NCBI GenBank assembly: GCA_963809795.1
Contig: CAWELN010000006.1
Span: 398,409-462,408 of the forward strand
Reading direction: 5' to 3'
Source: an uncultured Actinomycetes bacterium
GTDB taxonomy: Bacteria; Actinomycetota; Acidimicrobiia; IMCC26256; DASPTH01
DNA: 64,000 bases
Within the stretch, counting starts at the first letter, position 1; every line of letters starts with the position of its first letter. Positions 43,234 to 52,512 of the stretch are shown here, one piece after another. The position numbers and the translations under genes are program-made. The notes under the pieces were generated by a model. That model was not told the origin of the DNA, ran no database searches, and worked only from the letters and a program-made list of their open reading frames with translations.

Positions 43234-43300
43234 CTCAACTGGCAGAGCGTTCGGCTGTTAACCGAAGATGTTGAGAGTTCGAGTCTCTCCCCCGGAGCCA
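43224..43300 (+). tRNA. tRNA-Asn (GTT) with encoded CCA
   Basis: TCCGGGG acceptor, TTCGG-CTGTTAA-CCGAA anticodon arm, GTTCGAGT T-loop; variable loop appears one base too long. Confidence 0.92.
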
Positions 43301-43353
43301 GTTCTTCCGCCTCGACTCGCAGGTCGTGCCCCTGCGGGTCGACAATGGGGGCC

Positions 43354-43635
43354 ATGCCACCTCTCGCCGACGACCGGATCACCGAGCGCCTCGCCTCCCT
43401 CCCCGGGTGGACCCGGGAGGGCGACGAGATCGTCAAGACCTTCGAGCTCCCGACGTTCCCCGATGCGATCACCTTCGTGACCCGCATCGCCGACCGGGCC
43501 GAGGCCGCGAACCACCACCCCGACCTCGACATCCGTTACCGGAAGGTGCGGGTCGCGCTCTCCACCCACGACGCCGGCGGCCTCACCGACCAGGACTTCG
43601 ACCTCGCCACCGAGATCGAGGGCTGCCTCACGTGA
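43354..43635 (+). CDS. Pterin-4-alpha-carbinolamine dehydratase
   Basis: AE..NHHPD, LSTHDAGGLT..D. Confidence 0.9.
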   Translation: MPPLADDRITERLASLPGWTREGDEIVKTFELPTFPDAITFVTRIADRAEAANHHPDLDIRYRKVRVALSTHDAGGLTDQDFDLATEIEGCLT

Positions 43636-44066
43636 TCACCCTGGTCGTCGGCGTCGTGATCCTCGCGCTGGCGCTCTCGGTGGTCGTCGCCATCGCCCGC
43701 GACCGAGGGCCGGGCCCCGGCGACGTCGCGGTCGCCTACGAGCTGGCGTGGGATCGCCTCGACTTCGAGTCGGTCTTCACCCTCTCGGGCGGCGAGCTGC
43801 GCGACGGGCTCGACCGCCGCGGCTTCGTCGCCGCCAAGCGCACCGCGTACGAGCAACGAGCGTCGCTCGGCGGCCTCGTCGAGCGCGTCGGCGTCGACCA
43901 GGTCGCCACCGTCGAGGACGCCGGGGTCGTGATCACCCGGGTGGACCTCCGGGACGGCACCGTGGTGCACAACCGGGTGGAGCTGGCGCGCCGCAGCGGG
44001 CGCTGGCAGGTCGTGGCGTACCGGCTCGAGCCGTCGACGGAGGACACGCCCCACGCCGGCGGCTGA
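43632..44066 (+). CDS. Membrane-anchored hypothetical protein (possibly NTF2-like)
   Basis: N-terminal TM, ends L.RRSGRWQV; GTGA overlap. Confidence 0.6.
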   Translation: MITLVVGVVILALALSVVVAIARDRGPGPGDVAVAYELAWDRLDFESVFTLSGGELRDGLDRRGFVAAKRTAYEQRASLGGLVERVGVDQVATVEDAGVVITRVDLRDGTVVHNRVELARRSGRWQVVAYRLEPSTEDTPHAGG

Positions 44067-44084
44067 GCCGGTCGCCCCACGCCG

Positions 44085-44735
44085 TCATCCGTGCTGGGTG
44101 ATCTCCGACGTCAGGCCGCCGCTGCCGAGCTCGACCCGGATCCGCCACTCCTGGCCTCCGGAGGAGAAGAAGCGCACCTCGACCCGGCTGGGACCGTTGT
44201 CGTGCACCTCGGCCGCGAACCCGGGGGCCGGGCTGCTCGAGGCCAGCGAGACCGCGCCGTTCGCCACCGTCACGGTGATCGACCCGCCGGCCGACGAGAA
44301 CGCCTGGTCGAACGCGGGTGCAGGTGTCGGGGCGGGGCCGTTCCCGGGACCGGAGTTGCCGTCGTCGACGGGGTCGACCCCGCGGTCGTCGCCGGGCTCG
44401 GGCACCGGGTGCTCCACCTCCTGCTCGGGCGTGGTCGGGACCGTGGGCGCGGGCACCGTCGGCGTCGGCGTGGTCACTTCCGGTACCGACGGCGTCGGCG
44501 CGCCCCCGTGGGGCTTCGCCACCACGACGCCGTGCTCGTTCTCGAGCTCGGTGCCGGGGTCACTCGTGCCGGCCGCGGCGCGCACGCTCGCCGCCGGTCG
44601 ATCACTCCCGCCACCGCTCGTTGCACTGGCCACCGCGTAGAGCGCGGGCACCATCGCGACGCCGGCGCCGACGGCGAGCACACGCCGCCAACGGCGGGTG
44701 CGGATCGGTGGGACGGGGGACGGTTCGGGGTGCAT
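44085..44735 (-). CDS. Secreted or anchored Pro/Thr-rich protein whose C-terminal domain is paralogous to the anti-sigma factor
   Basis: Signal/TM, PT-rich linker, SAGGSITV...EVHDNGP.RVEVRF...EWRIRV; AGGAGG RBS. Confidence 0.75.
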   Translation of the reverse strand: MHPEPSPVPPIRTRRWRRVLAVGAGVAMVPALYAVASATSGGGSDRPAASVRAAAGTSDPGTELENEHGVVVAKPHGGAPTPSVPEVTTPTPTVPAPTVPTTPEQEVEHPVPEPGDDRGVDPVDDGNSGPGNGPAPTPAPAFDQAFSSAGGSITVTVANGAVSLASSSPAPGFAAEVHDNGPSRVEVRFFSSGGQEWRIRVELGSGGLTSEITQHG

Positions 44736-44765
44736 GGGTTCCTCCTGGGGGATCGTTACGGAGGA

Positions 44766-44794
44766 ACACGCCCGGACCGGCCGGTCGGTTTGGC
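44766..44794 (-). promoter_or_regulatory. ECF promoter GCCAAACCG-N15-CGTGT (target gene)
   Basis: Identical boxes and spacing to the promoter upstream of the sigma gene. Confidence 0.7.
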
Positions 44795-44801
44795 CGGTCG
44801 C

Positions 44802-45479
44802 TCAGTGCTGCGTGATCTCGGGCTGCAGCGCTCCGTTCGCCACGTCGACCCGGATGCGCCACTCGGTCTGCCCGTTGGAGAACCGCACCTCGACGCGTGT
44901 GGGCCCGTTGTCGTGCACCTCCGCGGTGAACCCGGCGGCGGGGCTGCTGGACGCCAACGAGACGGTGCTGGCGCCGTCGAAGTTCACCGTGATCGATCCG
45001 CCCGCCGAGCTGTACGTGGGGGTCTGCGGGCCGGCGGGTGCGGTGGTCGGCGCCGGTGGCGGGACCGCGCCGGTGCCGGACGGGCCGTTCGCGGCCGTGT
45101 CGTCGCTGCCGGTCGGCGTCGTCGCCTGCGGTGCCCCGGTGCCGCCGATGGCCCCGGTGCCGCCGGCGGTGGTGACCGTCGGCTGTGGCACGGTCGTCAC
45201 CACGCTCGGCACCGTCCGATCGGGCTTCGTGGCCGGCGGGACCCGCACCGAGCCGTCACCGCCTCCGGCACGGCCGAGGGCGACCGAGGCTCCGACCACG
45301 ACCACCGCGACGAGCGCGGCCGCGCCGGTGAACGCGGCCCGGCGCCGCTGCCGGGCGCGCCGGAAGCGGGGCCGCAGCTGGTCGAGCACCGCGTCGGGAT
45401 CGCCCTCGGGCCGGGCCTGGGCGTCGAAGCGCCGCCGCAGCTCGTCGTCGACCGGGTCGAAGCGGAGGTCGTCGTTCAT
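44802..45479 (-). CDS. Putative membrane anti-sigma factor
   Basis: Overlaps the sigma stop; short cytoplasmic N-terminus, RRRR+TM, PT-rich linker, extracellular domain. Confidence 0.7.
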   Translation of the reverse strand: MNDDLRFDPVDDELRRRFDAQARPEGDPDAVLDQLRPRFRRARQRRRAAFTGAAALVAVVVVGASVALGRAGGGDGSVRVPPATKPDRTVPSVVTTVPQPTVTTAGGTGAIGGTGAPQATTPTGSDDTAANGPSGTGAVPPPAPTTAPAGPQTPTYSSAGGSITVNFDGASTVSLASSSPAAGFTAEVHDNGPTRVEVRFSNGQTEWRIRVDVANGALQPEITQH

Positions 45480-45979
45480 CCCGCCTCGATCCACTCCCGC
45501 AACCCGGTGCGGCCCGCGTGCAGGTGGTACTTCACCGCGCCCTCGGAGAGCTTCATCGACGCCGCGATCTCCCGCACCGAGAGCTGCTCGACGTAATAGA
45601 GCGACACCGCGATCTGCTGCTGGGTGGGGAGCCGCCGCACCGCGGCCATGAGCGCGTCGTCGGGGAGCGCGGGTGGGTCGACGATCGTGGTGGCCTGGCC
45701 GGCGAGCCGCGCGTGCACCTTCGTTCCCCGCTGCTCGTGCCGGAAGTGGTCCCGCAACCGGTTCAGCGCGACGTGGCGGATCCACCCCGCCGGGTGGTCG
45801 TAGCGCGAGATGCGCCGCCACCGCGCGTAGGCGCGCGTGAACGCATCCTGGACCGCGTCCGCGGCCGCCTCGCGGTCCCCGCAGGCCACCGAGAGTGATC
45901 GGACCATGGGCCAGTAGTGCTCTCTGAACGTGTCGTCGAAGTCAGCCGGCCGGTCGAGGTCGGCGGGGTCAGCATGCAT
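45476..45979 (-). CDS. ECF (sigma-24-type) sigma factor
   Basis: AADAVQDAF, WIRHVALN, LP.QQ...SVREIA..M.LSEGAVKYHLH.GR. Confidence 0.9.
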   Translation of the reverse strand: MHADPADLDRPADFDDTFREHYWPMVRSLSVACGDREAAADAVQDAFTRAYARWRRISRYDHPAGWIRHVALNRLRDHFRHEQRGTKVHARLAGQATTIVDPPALPDDALMAAVRRLPTQQQIAVSLYYVEQLSVREIAASMKLSEGAVKYHLHAGRTGLREWIEAG

Positions 45980-45990
45980 GTGCGCACCGG

Positions 45991-46019
45991 ACACGTCCCG
46001 CCCCGCTCGCCGGTTTGGC
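45991..46019 (-). promoter_or_regulatory. ECF autoregulatory promoter GCCAAACCG-N15-CGTGT
   Basis: AAAC/CGT ECF signature, duplicated at 44766-44794. Confidence 0.7.
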
Positions 46020-46051
46020 TGCCCCCACGATTTCGACTCTACGGTCTGCCC

Positions 46052-46639
46052 ATGGCGCCGACGGCGGGGATCCTGCTCACCGGGGGCCGCAGCCGCCGCA
46101 TGGGCGTGGACAAGGCCTCGCTGGTCGTCGACGGCGAGACACTGGCCGTGCGGGCGGGACGGCTGCTGGCCAGCGTGTGCGAGCCCACCCTGGAGCTGGG
46201 CGACGGGGCGAGCGGGCTCGACCACGTCCGCGAGGCGCCGGCCGGGGCCGGGCCCCTGGCCGCGCTCGCCGCCGCCGGCGTCGCCCTGCGGGGCCGGGGC
46301 TTCACCGGTCCCGCGCTGGTCCTGGCCGTCGACCTCCCCGCGGTCGGGGAACCGCTGCTGCGGTGGCTGCGCGACCGTCCGGGCACTGCCACCGTGGTGC
46401 CGCGCGTCGACGGACGGCTCCAACCGGTGTGCGCCCGCTACGGCGCCGACGCCCTGGTGGCGGCGGACAGCCTGGTCGTCGCCGGCGTGCGGGCGTTGCA
46501 CGACCTCTTCGACGTCGTCGACCACGAGGTCGTGGAGGAGTCGGCCTGGTGCGCGGTCGCGACGCCGGAGTCGTTCCTCGACGTCGACACCCCCACCGAC
46601 GCGGCCCGGTTTGGCGTGCGCCTTCCGGGGTTAGCGTGA
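46052..46639 (+). CDS. mobA: Molybdenum cofactor guanylyltransferase
   Basis: LTGGRSRRMG.DKA, GPLAAL, AVDLP, DVDTP. Confidence 0.9.
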   Translation: MAPTAGILLTGGRSRRMGVDKASLVVDGETLAVRAGRLLASVCEPTLELGDGASGLDHVREAPAGAGPLAALAAAGVALRGRGFTGPALVLAVDLPAVGEPLLRWLRDRPGTATVVPRVDGRLQPVCARYGADALVAADSLVVAGVRALHDLFDVVDHEVVEESAWCAVATPESFLDVDTPTDAARFGVRLPGLA

Positions 46640-46643
46640 AGCG

Positions 46644-47486
46644 GTGAGCTCCGGACCGGCGCGGCGCGCCGTCACCACGGTGCGCGTCTGCGCGCTCGAC
46701 GGCGACCAGGTGCGCGACGTCCCCGACAAGCTCGTCACCGAGGAGCCGATGGAGATCCGGCTCCACGGTCCCGGCCAGGAGCCCGAGGCGCTGGCCGTCA
46801 CCATGCGCACCCCCGGCCACGACTTCGAGCTCGCGGTCGGGTTCTGCCTCACGGAGGGGCTGCTCCACTCGGCCGACGACCTCGACTCGGTCGCGTACTG
46901 CCTCGCCGGCCAGGGGGAGCAGGAGTACAACATCGTCACGGTCAAGGTGCGCGCTCCGGTCGACCGGCGCGGCCACACCCGCACCTTCGTCGCCAACGCG
47001 AGTTGCGGGTTGTGCGGCAAGACCACCCTCGACGACATCGAGCAGCAGGTGGAGCGAGTGGCCGACGGGCCGATGCTGGCGCGGTCGGTGCTCGCCTCCC
47101 TGCCCGAGCGGCTCCGCGAGGCGCAGCGCGTGTTCGACGCCACCGGCGGGCTCCACGCCGCGGCGCGGTTCACGGCCGACGGCGAGCTGGTCACGTTGCG
47201 CGAGGACGTCGGCCGGCACAACGCGCTCGACAAGGTGGTCGGGCACGCCCTCCTCGAGCGCGAGCTCCCGCTCTCCGACACGGTGCTCATGGTGTCGGGG
47301 CGGGTGAGCTTCGAGATCGTCCAGAAGGCGGCGATGGCGGGGATCCCGGTGGTGTGCGCGGTGTCGGCGCCGTCCAGCCTGGCGGTCGATGCGGCGCATC
47401 GTCTCGGCCAGACCCTCGTCGGCTTCGTGCGGGGCGACCGTGCCAACGTGTACAGCCGTCCCGACCGTCTCGACCTCGAGCACTGA
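46644..47486 (+). CDS. fdhD: Formate dehydrogenase accessory sulfurtransferase
   Basis: TMRTPG.D, SCGLCG, TGGLHAA, EDVGRHNALDK. Confidence 0.95.
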   Translation: MSSGPARRAVTTVRVCALDGDQVRDVPDKLVTEEPMEIRLHGPGQEPEALAVTMRTPGHDFELAVGFCLTEGLLHSADDLDSVAYCLAGQGEQEYNIVTVKVRAPVDRRGHTRTFVANASCGLCGKTTLDDIEQQVERVADGPMLARSVLASLPERLREAQRVFDATGGLHAAARFTADGELVTLREDVGRHNALDKVVGHALLERELPLSDTVLMVSGRVSFEIVQKAAMAGIPVVCAVSAPSSLAVDAAHRLGQTLVGFVRGDRANVYSRPDRLDLEH

Positions 47487-47505
47487 CAAGGAGCGCGCGG
47501 CGACT

Positions 47506-49755
47506 GTGGCCTGGAAGACCTCGGCGAGGATCAAGTCGCCCAAGGGCACCCGGCGGGACCTGTGGGTGGGGTTCAAGCCCAATGGCATCGGCGAGACCAA
47601 GCCGAACCACTACAAGGAGGTGCTGAAGACCATCTGGGACAACCGCGACAACCTGCCGTACGCGTGGCGCATCCTGAACCGGGGCGTGTGCGACGGCTGC
47701 GCGCTCGGGGTCGCCGGCTTCCACGACTGGACCCTCTCCGGCGTGCACCTGTGCACGACCCGCCTCAACCTGCTGCGCGTGAACACCATGGGCGCGCTCG
47801 ACGACGCGCGTCTGGCCGACGTGGCGCCGCTGCGGCGGCTGAAGGGCAAGGAGCTCCGCGACCTCGGGCGCCTCGCCCACCCGATGGTCCGGCGGCGGGG
47901 CGAGCCGGGGTTCACCCGCGTGAGCTGGGACGAGGCCCTCGACCTGCTCGCCGACCGGATCCGCGCCACGACCCCGGAGCGCCTCGCGGTGTACCTGACC
48001 GCCCGGGGCATCACCAACGAGACCTACTACGTGGCGCAGAAGTTCACCCGGTTCCTCGGCAGCAACAACATCGACAACGCGGCACGGGTCTGCCATGCGC
48101 CGTCGACGACGACGCTGAAGAAGACGATCGGCGTCGGCGCGACGACGTGCTCCTACACCGACGTCATCGGCAGCGACCTCATCGTGTTGTTCGGCGCCAA
48201 CGTCGCCAACGCGCAGCCGGTGTTCATGAAGTACCTCTTCCTGGCGCGCAAGCGCGGCGCGAAGGTCGCGGTGGTGAACCCGTTGCGGGAGCCCGGGCTG
48301 GACCGCTATTGGGTGCCCAGCAACGTCGAGAGCGCGATGTTCGGTACGCACATGACCGACGAATTCTTCGCGGTGCACATCGGCGGTGACCTCGCGTTCC
48401 TGAACGGTGTGCTCAAGGTGATGCTGGCCGAGGGCACGATCGACCGCGACTTCGTGCGTGAGCACACCGCGGGATTCGACACGCTCGTCGACGAGTTGGC
48501 GCGCGAGTCGTTCGCCGAGCTCGAACGGCAGTCGGGCGCGACGCGCGCCGACATGGAGCGGTTCGCGCGGTTGTACGCGTCGGCGGACGCGTCGGTGTTG
48601 GTCTGGTCCATGGGCATCACCCAGCACGAGCGGGGTGGCGACAACGTCGCCGCGATCGTCAACCTCGGCCTGGCGCGGGGCAACATCGGCCGGCCCGGCG
48701 CCGGCCTCATGCCCATCCGCGGGCACTCCGGCGTGCAGGGTGGGGCCGAGATGGGGGCCTACGCCACCGCGCTTCCCGGAGGGCTCGAGGTGAACGCCGC
48801 CAATGCCGCCGCCCTGGCCGAGCAGTACGGGTTCACGGTCGGCGACCGCCCCGGCATCACCGCCGAGGAGATGGTCGAGGCCGGCGGGCGCGGCGAGCTC
48901 GACGTCCTCTACTCGTCCGGCGGGAACTTCCTCGACGTGCTGCCCGATCCCGCCGCGGTCGAGGAGGCGCTGGCCGGGGTGCCGGTGCGCGTCCACCAGG
49001 ACATCGTCGTGTCGAGCCAGATGCTCGTCGATCCGGGCGAGGTGGTCGTGCTGCTTCCGGCGGCGACGCGCTACGAGCAACGCGACGGCGGCACCGAGAC
49101 CACCACCGAACGGCGGATCGCGTTCAGCCCCGAGATCGACGGGCCGCGGCCGGGCGAGGTGCGCAGCGAGTGGGAGATCTTCGTGGAGCTGGCGCGCCGG
49201 GTCGATCCCGACCGGGCCGGGCTCATGTCGTTCCCGTCGGGTCAGGCCATCCGCGACGAGATCGCCCGGGTGGTCCCGATGTACGAGGGCGTGGAGGGGT
49301 TGCGCACGACCGGCGACGCGGTCCAGTGGGGCGGGACGCGGCTGTGCGAGGGGGGCGTGTTCCCGACCGCCGACGGCCGGGCCCGGTTCCTGGCGGTCGC
49401 GCCGTCGGTGCCCGACGTGCCGCACGGGAGCTTCGTGCTGAGCACCCGCCGGGGCAAGCAGTTCAACACGATGGTGCACATGGAGCGCGACCCGCTCACC
49501 GGCGCCGACCGCGACGCGCTGTTCATGGCGCCCGCCGACATCGACCGGCTCGGGCTGCACGACGGTGACCGGGTCGTGGTGCGCTCGGCCGTCGGCCGGA
49601 TGGACGCCCGCCTCCACGCCAGCGACCTGCGGACCGGCAACGTGCAGGTGTTCTTCCCCGAAGGCAACGTCCTGCTCCGCGCCGGCCGGCGCGATCCGTC
49701 GTCCGGCGTGCCCGACTACAACGCGGTCGTCACCGTCGAACCGGCGGCCCCGTGA
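47506..49755 (+). CDS. FdhF/YdeP-family molybdopterin oxidoreductase
   Basis: CDGC, ARVCH.PS, RGHSGVQG, TRRGKQFN. Confidence 0.9.
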   Translation: MAWKTSARIKSPKGTRRDLWVGFKPNGIGETKPNHYKEVLKTIWDNRDNLPYAWRILNRGVCDGCALGVAGFHDWTLSGVHLCTTRLNLLRVNTMGALDDARLADVAPLRRLKGKELRDLGRLAHPMVRRRGEPGFTRVSWDEALDLLADRIRATTPERLAVYLTARGITNETYYVAQKFTRFLGSNNIDNAARVCHAPSTTTLKKTIGVGATTCSYTDVIGSDLIVLFGANVANAQPVFMKYLFLARKRGAKVAVVNPLREPGLDRYWVPSNVESAMFGTHMTDEFFAVHIGGDLAFLNGVLKVMLAEGTIDRDFVREHTAGFDTLVDELARESFAELERQSGATRADMERFARLYASADASVLVWSMGITQHERGGDNVAAIVNLGLARGNIGRPGAGLMPIRGHSGVQGGAEMGAYATALPGGLEVNAANAAALAEQYGFTVGDRPGITAEEMVEAGGRGELDVLYSSGGNFLDVLPDPAAVEEALAGVPVRVHQDIVVSSQMLVDPGEVVVLLPAATRYEQRDGGTETTTERRIAFSPEIDGPRPGEVRSEWEIFVELARRVDPDRAGLMSFPSGQAIRDEIARVVPMYEGVEGLRTTGDAVQWGGTRLCEGGVFPTADGRARFLAVAPSVPDVPHGSFVLSTRRGKQFNTMVHMERDPLTGADRDALFMAPADIDRLGLHDGDRVVVRSAVGRMDARLHASDLRTGNVQVFFPEGNVLLRAGRRDPSSGVPDYNAVVTVEPAAP

Positions 49756-50504
49756 ACCTCGCGCCCGAGGACCTGCTCGCGCTGTTCGACGTCGCGGCCG
49801 CGGCGCAGCGCGGTGCGCTGGCCACGCTGGGAGCGGCCGAACGTCGCGACCGCACCGATCGCCCGGGGCAGTACCGCCTCGACCTCGTCGCCGATGCTGC
49901 GATCCTCCCGGTGCTCGCCACCGCGGGCGTGCGCGTCCTCAGTGAGGAGTCCGGCTGGACCGGACCCGAGGACGCGCCGGTCACCGTGGTCGTCGATCCG
50001 GTCGACGGCTCCACCAACTGCTCGCGTCACCTCCCGTACTGGGCGATCTCGCTGTGCGCGCTCGACGCCGACGGTCCGTTGTGCGCGCTGGTGCAGAACG
50101 GTGCCACCGGCACGCGCTACACCGCGGTGCGGGGCAAGGGCGCGTTCCGCGACGGCGTGCCGCTCACGCCATCCGGTACGACCGCGCTCGATCGGTCGGT
50201 GATCGGCCTGTCGGGATGGACGGGGACGGAGCTCGGGTGGCGGCAATTCCGGGCCCTCGGCTCCGCCGCGCTGTCGCTGTGCGACGTGGCCGCGGGTCAC
50301 CTCGACGGCTACGTCGACGGTGTCCGCGACAGCGCGTCGTGGGACTACCTGGGCGGCCTGCTCGTGTGTCGCGAGGCAGGCGCCGCCATCGCCGACGCCG
50401 CGGGCGACGTCCTCGAGGTCGCCGACGCCGACGCCCGCCGGCAACTGGTGGCGGCCGGCACCACCGAGCTGCTCGGCGTGCTGCGCGACGCGGTGGCGCC
50501 GTGA
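49752..50504 (+). CDS. Inositol monophosphatase-family protein
   Basis: SEES, DPVDGSTN, GSAAL, WD. Confidence 0.88.
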   Translation: MNLAPEDLLALFDVAAAAQRGALATLGAAERRDRTDRPGQYRLDLVADAAILPVLATAGVRVLSEESGWTGPEDAPVTVVVDPVDGSTNCSRHLPYWAISLCALDADGPLCALVQNGATGTRYTAVRGKGAFRDGVPLTPSGTTALDRSVIGLSGWTGTELGWRQFRALGSAALSLCDVAAGHLDGYVDGVRDSASWDYLGGLLVCREAGAAIADAAGDVLEVADADARRQLVAAGTTELLGVLRDAVAP

Positions 50505-51298
50505 GCGCGGCGTCGGACCTCGACCTCGACCGCCTCCTCGGCGCCGCCCGACGCGCCGCCGGGGCCGGGGCCGGGGTCGTGCTCGACGCGTTCGGCGCGG
50601 CGCGGAACGTCCGCGAGAAGGGGCCGGGTGACTGGGTCAGCGACGCCGACACCGCCAGCGAGGCCGCGGTGCAGTCGGTGCTGCACGACGCCGCCCCCGA
50701 GCTCGCGTTCTTCGGCGAGGAGACCGGCGGCGAGCGCGCCGACGTCGGCTGGTTCGTCGACCCGCTCGACGGCACCGCCAACTTCGTGCACGGCTTCCCG
50801 CTGGTCGGCGTGTCGGTCGCACTGGTGGCCGACGGCGTGCCCGTCGTCGGGGTCGTGCAGGCACCGATGCTGGGCGACGTCTACACGGCGTGCCTCGGGA
50901 GGGGTGCGTTCCTCAACGACGAGCCGATCCGCGTGAGCTCGCGCCGGCCGGAGCGCGCGATCTGCGGCACCGGGTTCCCGTTCCGGGCCAAGCGGCAACG
51001 CCTCGCCGAGTACGTCCCGGTGTTCGAGCGGGCCTTGCTCGCGTTCGAGGACCTGCGTCGCGCCGGTGCCGCCAGCCTCGACCTCGCGTGGACGAGCGCG
51101 GGCGTGTACGACGGCTACTTCGAGCAGAGCCTCGGCACGTGGGACGTCGCCGCCGGCGCGCTCCTGGTGCGTGAGGCCGGGGGAGTGGTCACCGACTGGC
51201 AGGGCGACGACCGGGCGTGGCTGCAGTCGGGCGACATCGTCGCCGGCCCCCCCGACGTGCACGCCCGACTCCTCGCGGTGATCGCGGGCGAGGGCTGA
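50501..51298 (+). CDS. Inositol monophosphatase (SuhB-like)
   Basis: GEE, DPLDGTANFVHG, RRAGAASLDL, WDVAAG. Confidence 0.9.
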   Translation: MSAASDLDLDRLLGAARRAAGAGAGVVLDAFGAARNVREKGPGDWVSDADTASEAAVQSVLHDAAPELAFFGEETGGERADVGWFVDPLDGTANFVHGFPLVGVSVALVADGVPVVGVVQAPMLGDVYTACLGRGAFLNDEPIRVSSRRPERAICGTGFPFRAKRQRLAEYVPVFERALLAFEDLRRAGAASLDLAWTSAGVYDGYFEQSLGTWDVAAGALLVREAGGVVTDWQGDDRAWLQSGDIVAGPPDVHARLLAVIAGEG

Positions 51299-51304
51299 CG
51301 TGCG

Positions 51305-52438
51305 TCAGGGGGTGCGCCGGAAGCGCGCGGCGACGTCGCCGAGCGCGGTGTACACCGCATCGGTGATGTCGACCTGGCGCTGCTCCGCGGCCATCGGATT
51401 GGGCAACCCGTTGCTCACGAACACCGCCACCAACCCGCAGTCGGGGTCGGCGAACCCGCGTGACGACGCCATGCCGCCGTGGCCGAACGCGCGCCGTCCC
51501 GCGCCGCCGCTGAGATCGACGGTGACACCGAGCCCCCACGGCGCCGCGAAGCCGAACACCACGTCGCGCAGCTCGTGGCGGTGCACCGCGCCCATCAGCT
51601 CGACGGTGCGCGGCTCGAGCAGCGGGGGACCGAACCCGAGCAACGACTCGTAGAAGCGCCCGAGGTCACGCGCCGGACCCCGCATCGACGCGCCCGGCTC
51701 CGGCTTGGCGACGTGCCAGGGCTCGTTGTGCAGCTCGTCGATCCGGTAGGGCACCATCCGCAGGGCGCCGTCGTCCTCCACCACCGGGAATCGGTGCCCC
51801 TTCCACGCCACCGGCACCAGGCGGTCGCCGAGCTCCGCCTGCCGTTCGGGTGCGACGCCCAACGACGACTCCGCGGCGCCGAGCGGCGCCAGGACCTCGT
51901 CGCGCAGGTAGGTCTCGATGGGCCGGCCGTCGACGGCTTCCACCACCGCGCCGAGGACCTTCCAGCCGGTGACCGGGTGGTAGCCGGCCCGGGTGCCGGG
52001 CTCCCACGCCGCCGGGGTCGCGGCGATCCGTGCCAGCACCTCCTCGGGCGGGAGGTCGGTGTCGAAGTCGCTGCTGCCGTACATCGGGAATCCACCGGTG
52101 TGGACCAGCACGTGGCGGATCGTGCAGCGCTCCTTGCCGTTGCCCCAGCCGCCCACGTAGGCGCCGATCCGGTCGTCGAGCCCGAGGCGGCCCTGCTCCC
52201 ACAGCTGGAGGACGGCGACGGTGGTGAGTGGCTTCCCCGAGGAGTACCAGAGCATGACGTCGTCGGTGCGGAGCGGGCGCCCGGGTCGGCTCTCGCCCAC
52301 GGCGTCGTCGAGCAGCACGTCGCCGCCCAGTGAGACGAAGACCTGGGCGCCGTCGTGGAGATCCTCCTGCCGCTGGCGCTCCAGGACGTCGAGCACCCCT
52401 GAGCAGTCGATCCCACGCGGGTCAAGTTCTGCCGACAC
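51305..52438 (-). CDS. Serine hydrolase, beta-lactamase/EstA family
   Basis: SSGK (SxxK), HTGG, GYH, FGHGG; start uncertain. Confidence 0.85.
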   Translation of the reverse strand: MSAELDPRGIDCSGVLDVLERQRQEDLHDGAQVFVSLGGDVLLDDAVGESRPGRPLRTDDVMLWYSSGKPLTTVAVLQLWEQGRLGLDDRIGAYVGGWGNGKERCTIRHVLVHTGGFPMYGSSDFDTDLPPEEVLARIAATPAAWEPGTRAGYHPVTGWKVLGAVVEAVDGRPIETYLRDEVLAPLGAAESSLGVAPERQAELGDRLVPVAWKGHRFPVVEDDGALRMVPYRIDELHNEPWHVAKPEPGASMRGPARDLGRFYESLLGFGPPLLEPRTVELMGAVHRHELRDVVFGFAAPWGLGVTVDLSGGAGRRAFGHGGMASSRGFADPDCGLVAVFVSNGLPNPMAAEQRQVDITDAVYTALGDVAARFRRTP

Positions 52439-52512
52439 GGTGCCGAAGCCTAAGTGGGCAGACGCAACGGGTGAGACCGGTCCGCGGCCGGCGAGGAGCA
52501 CGGAGCCCGAAG

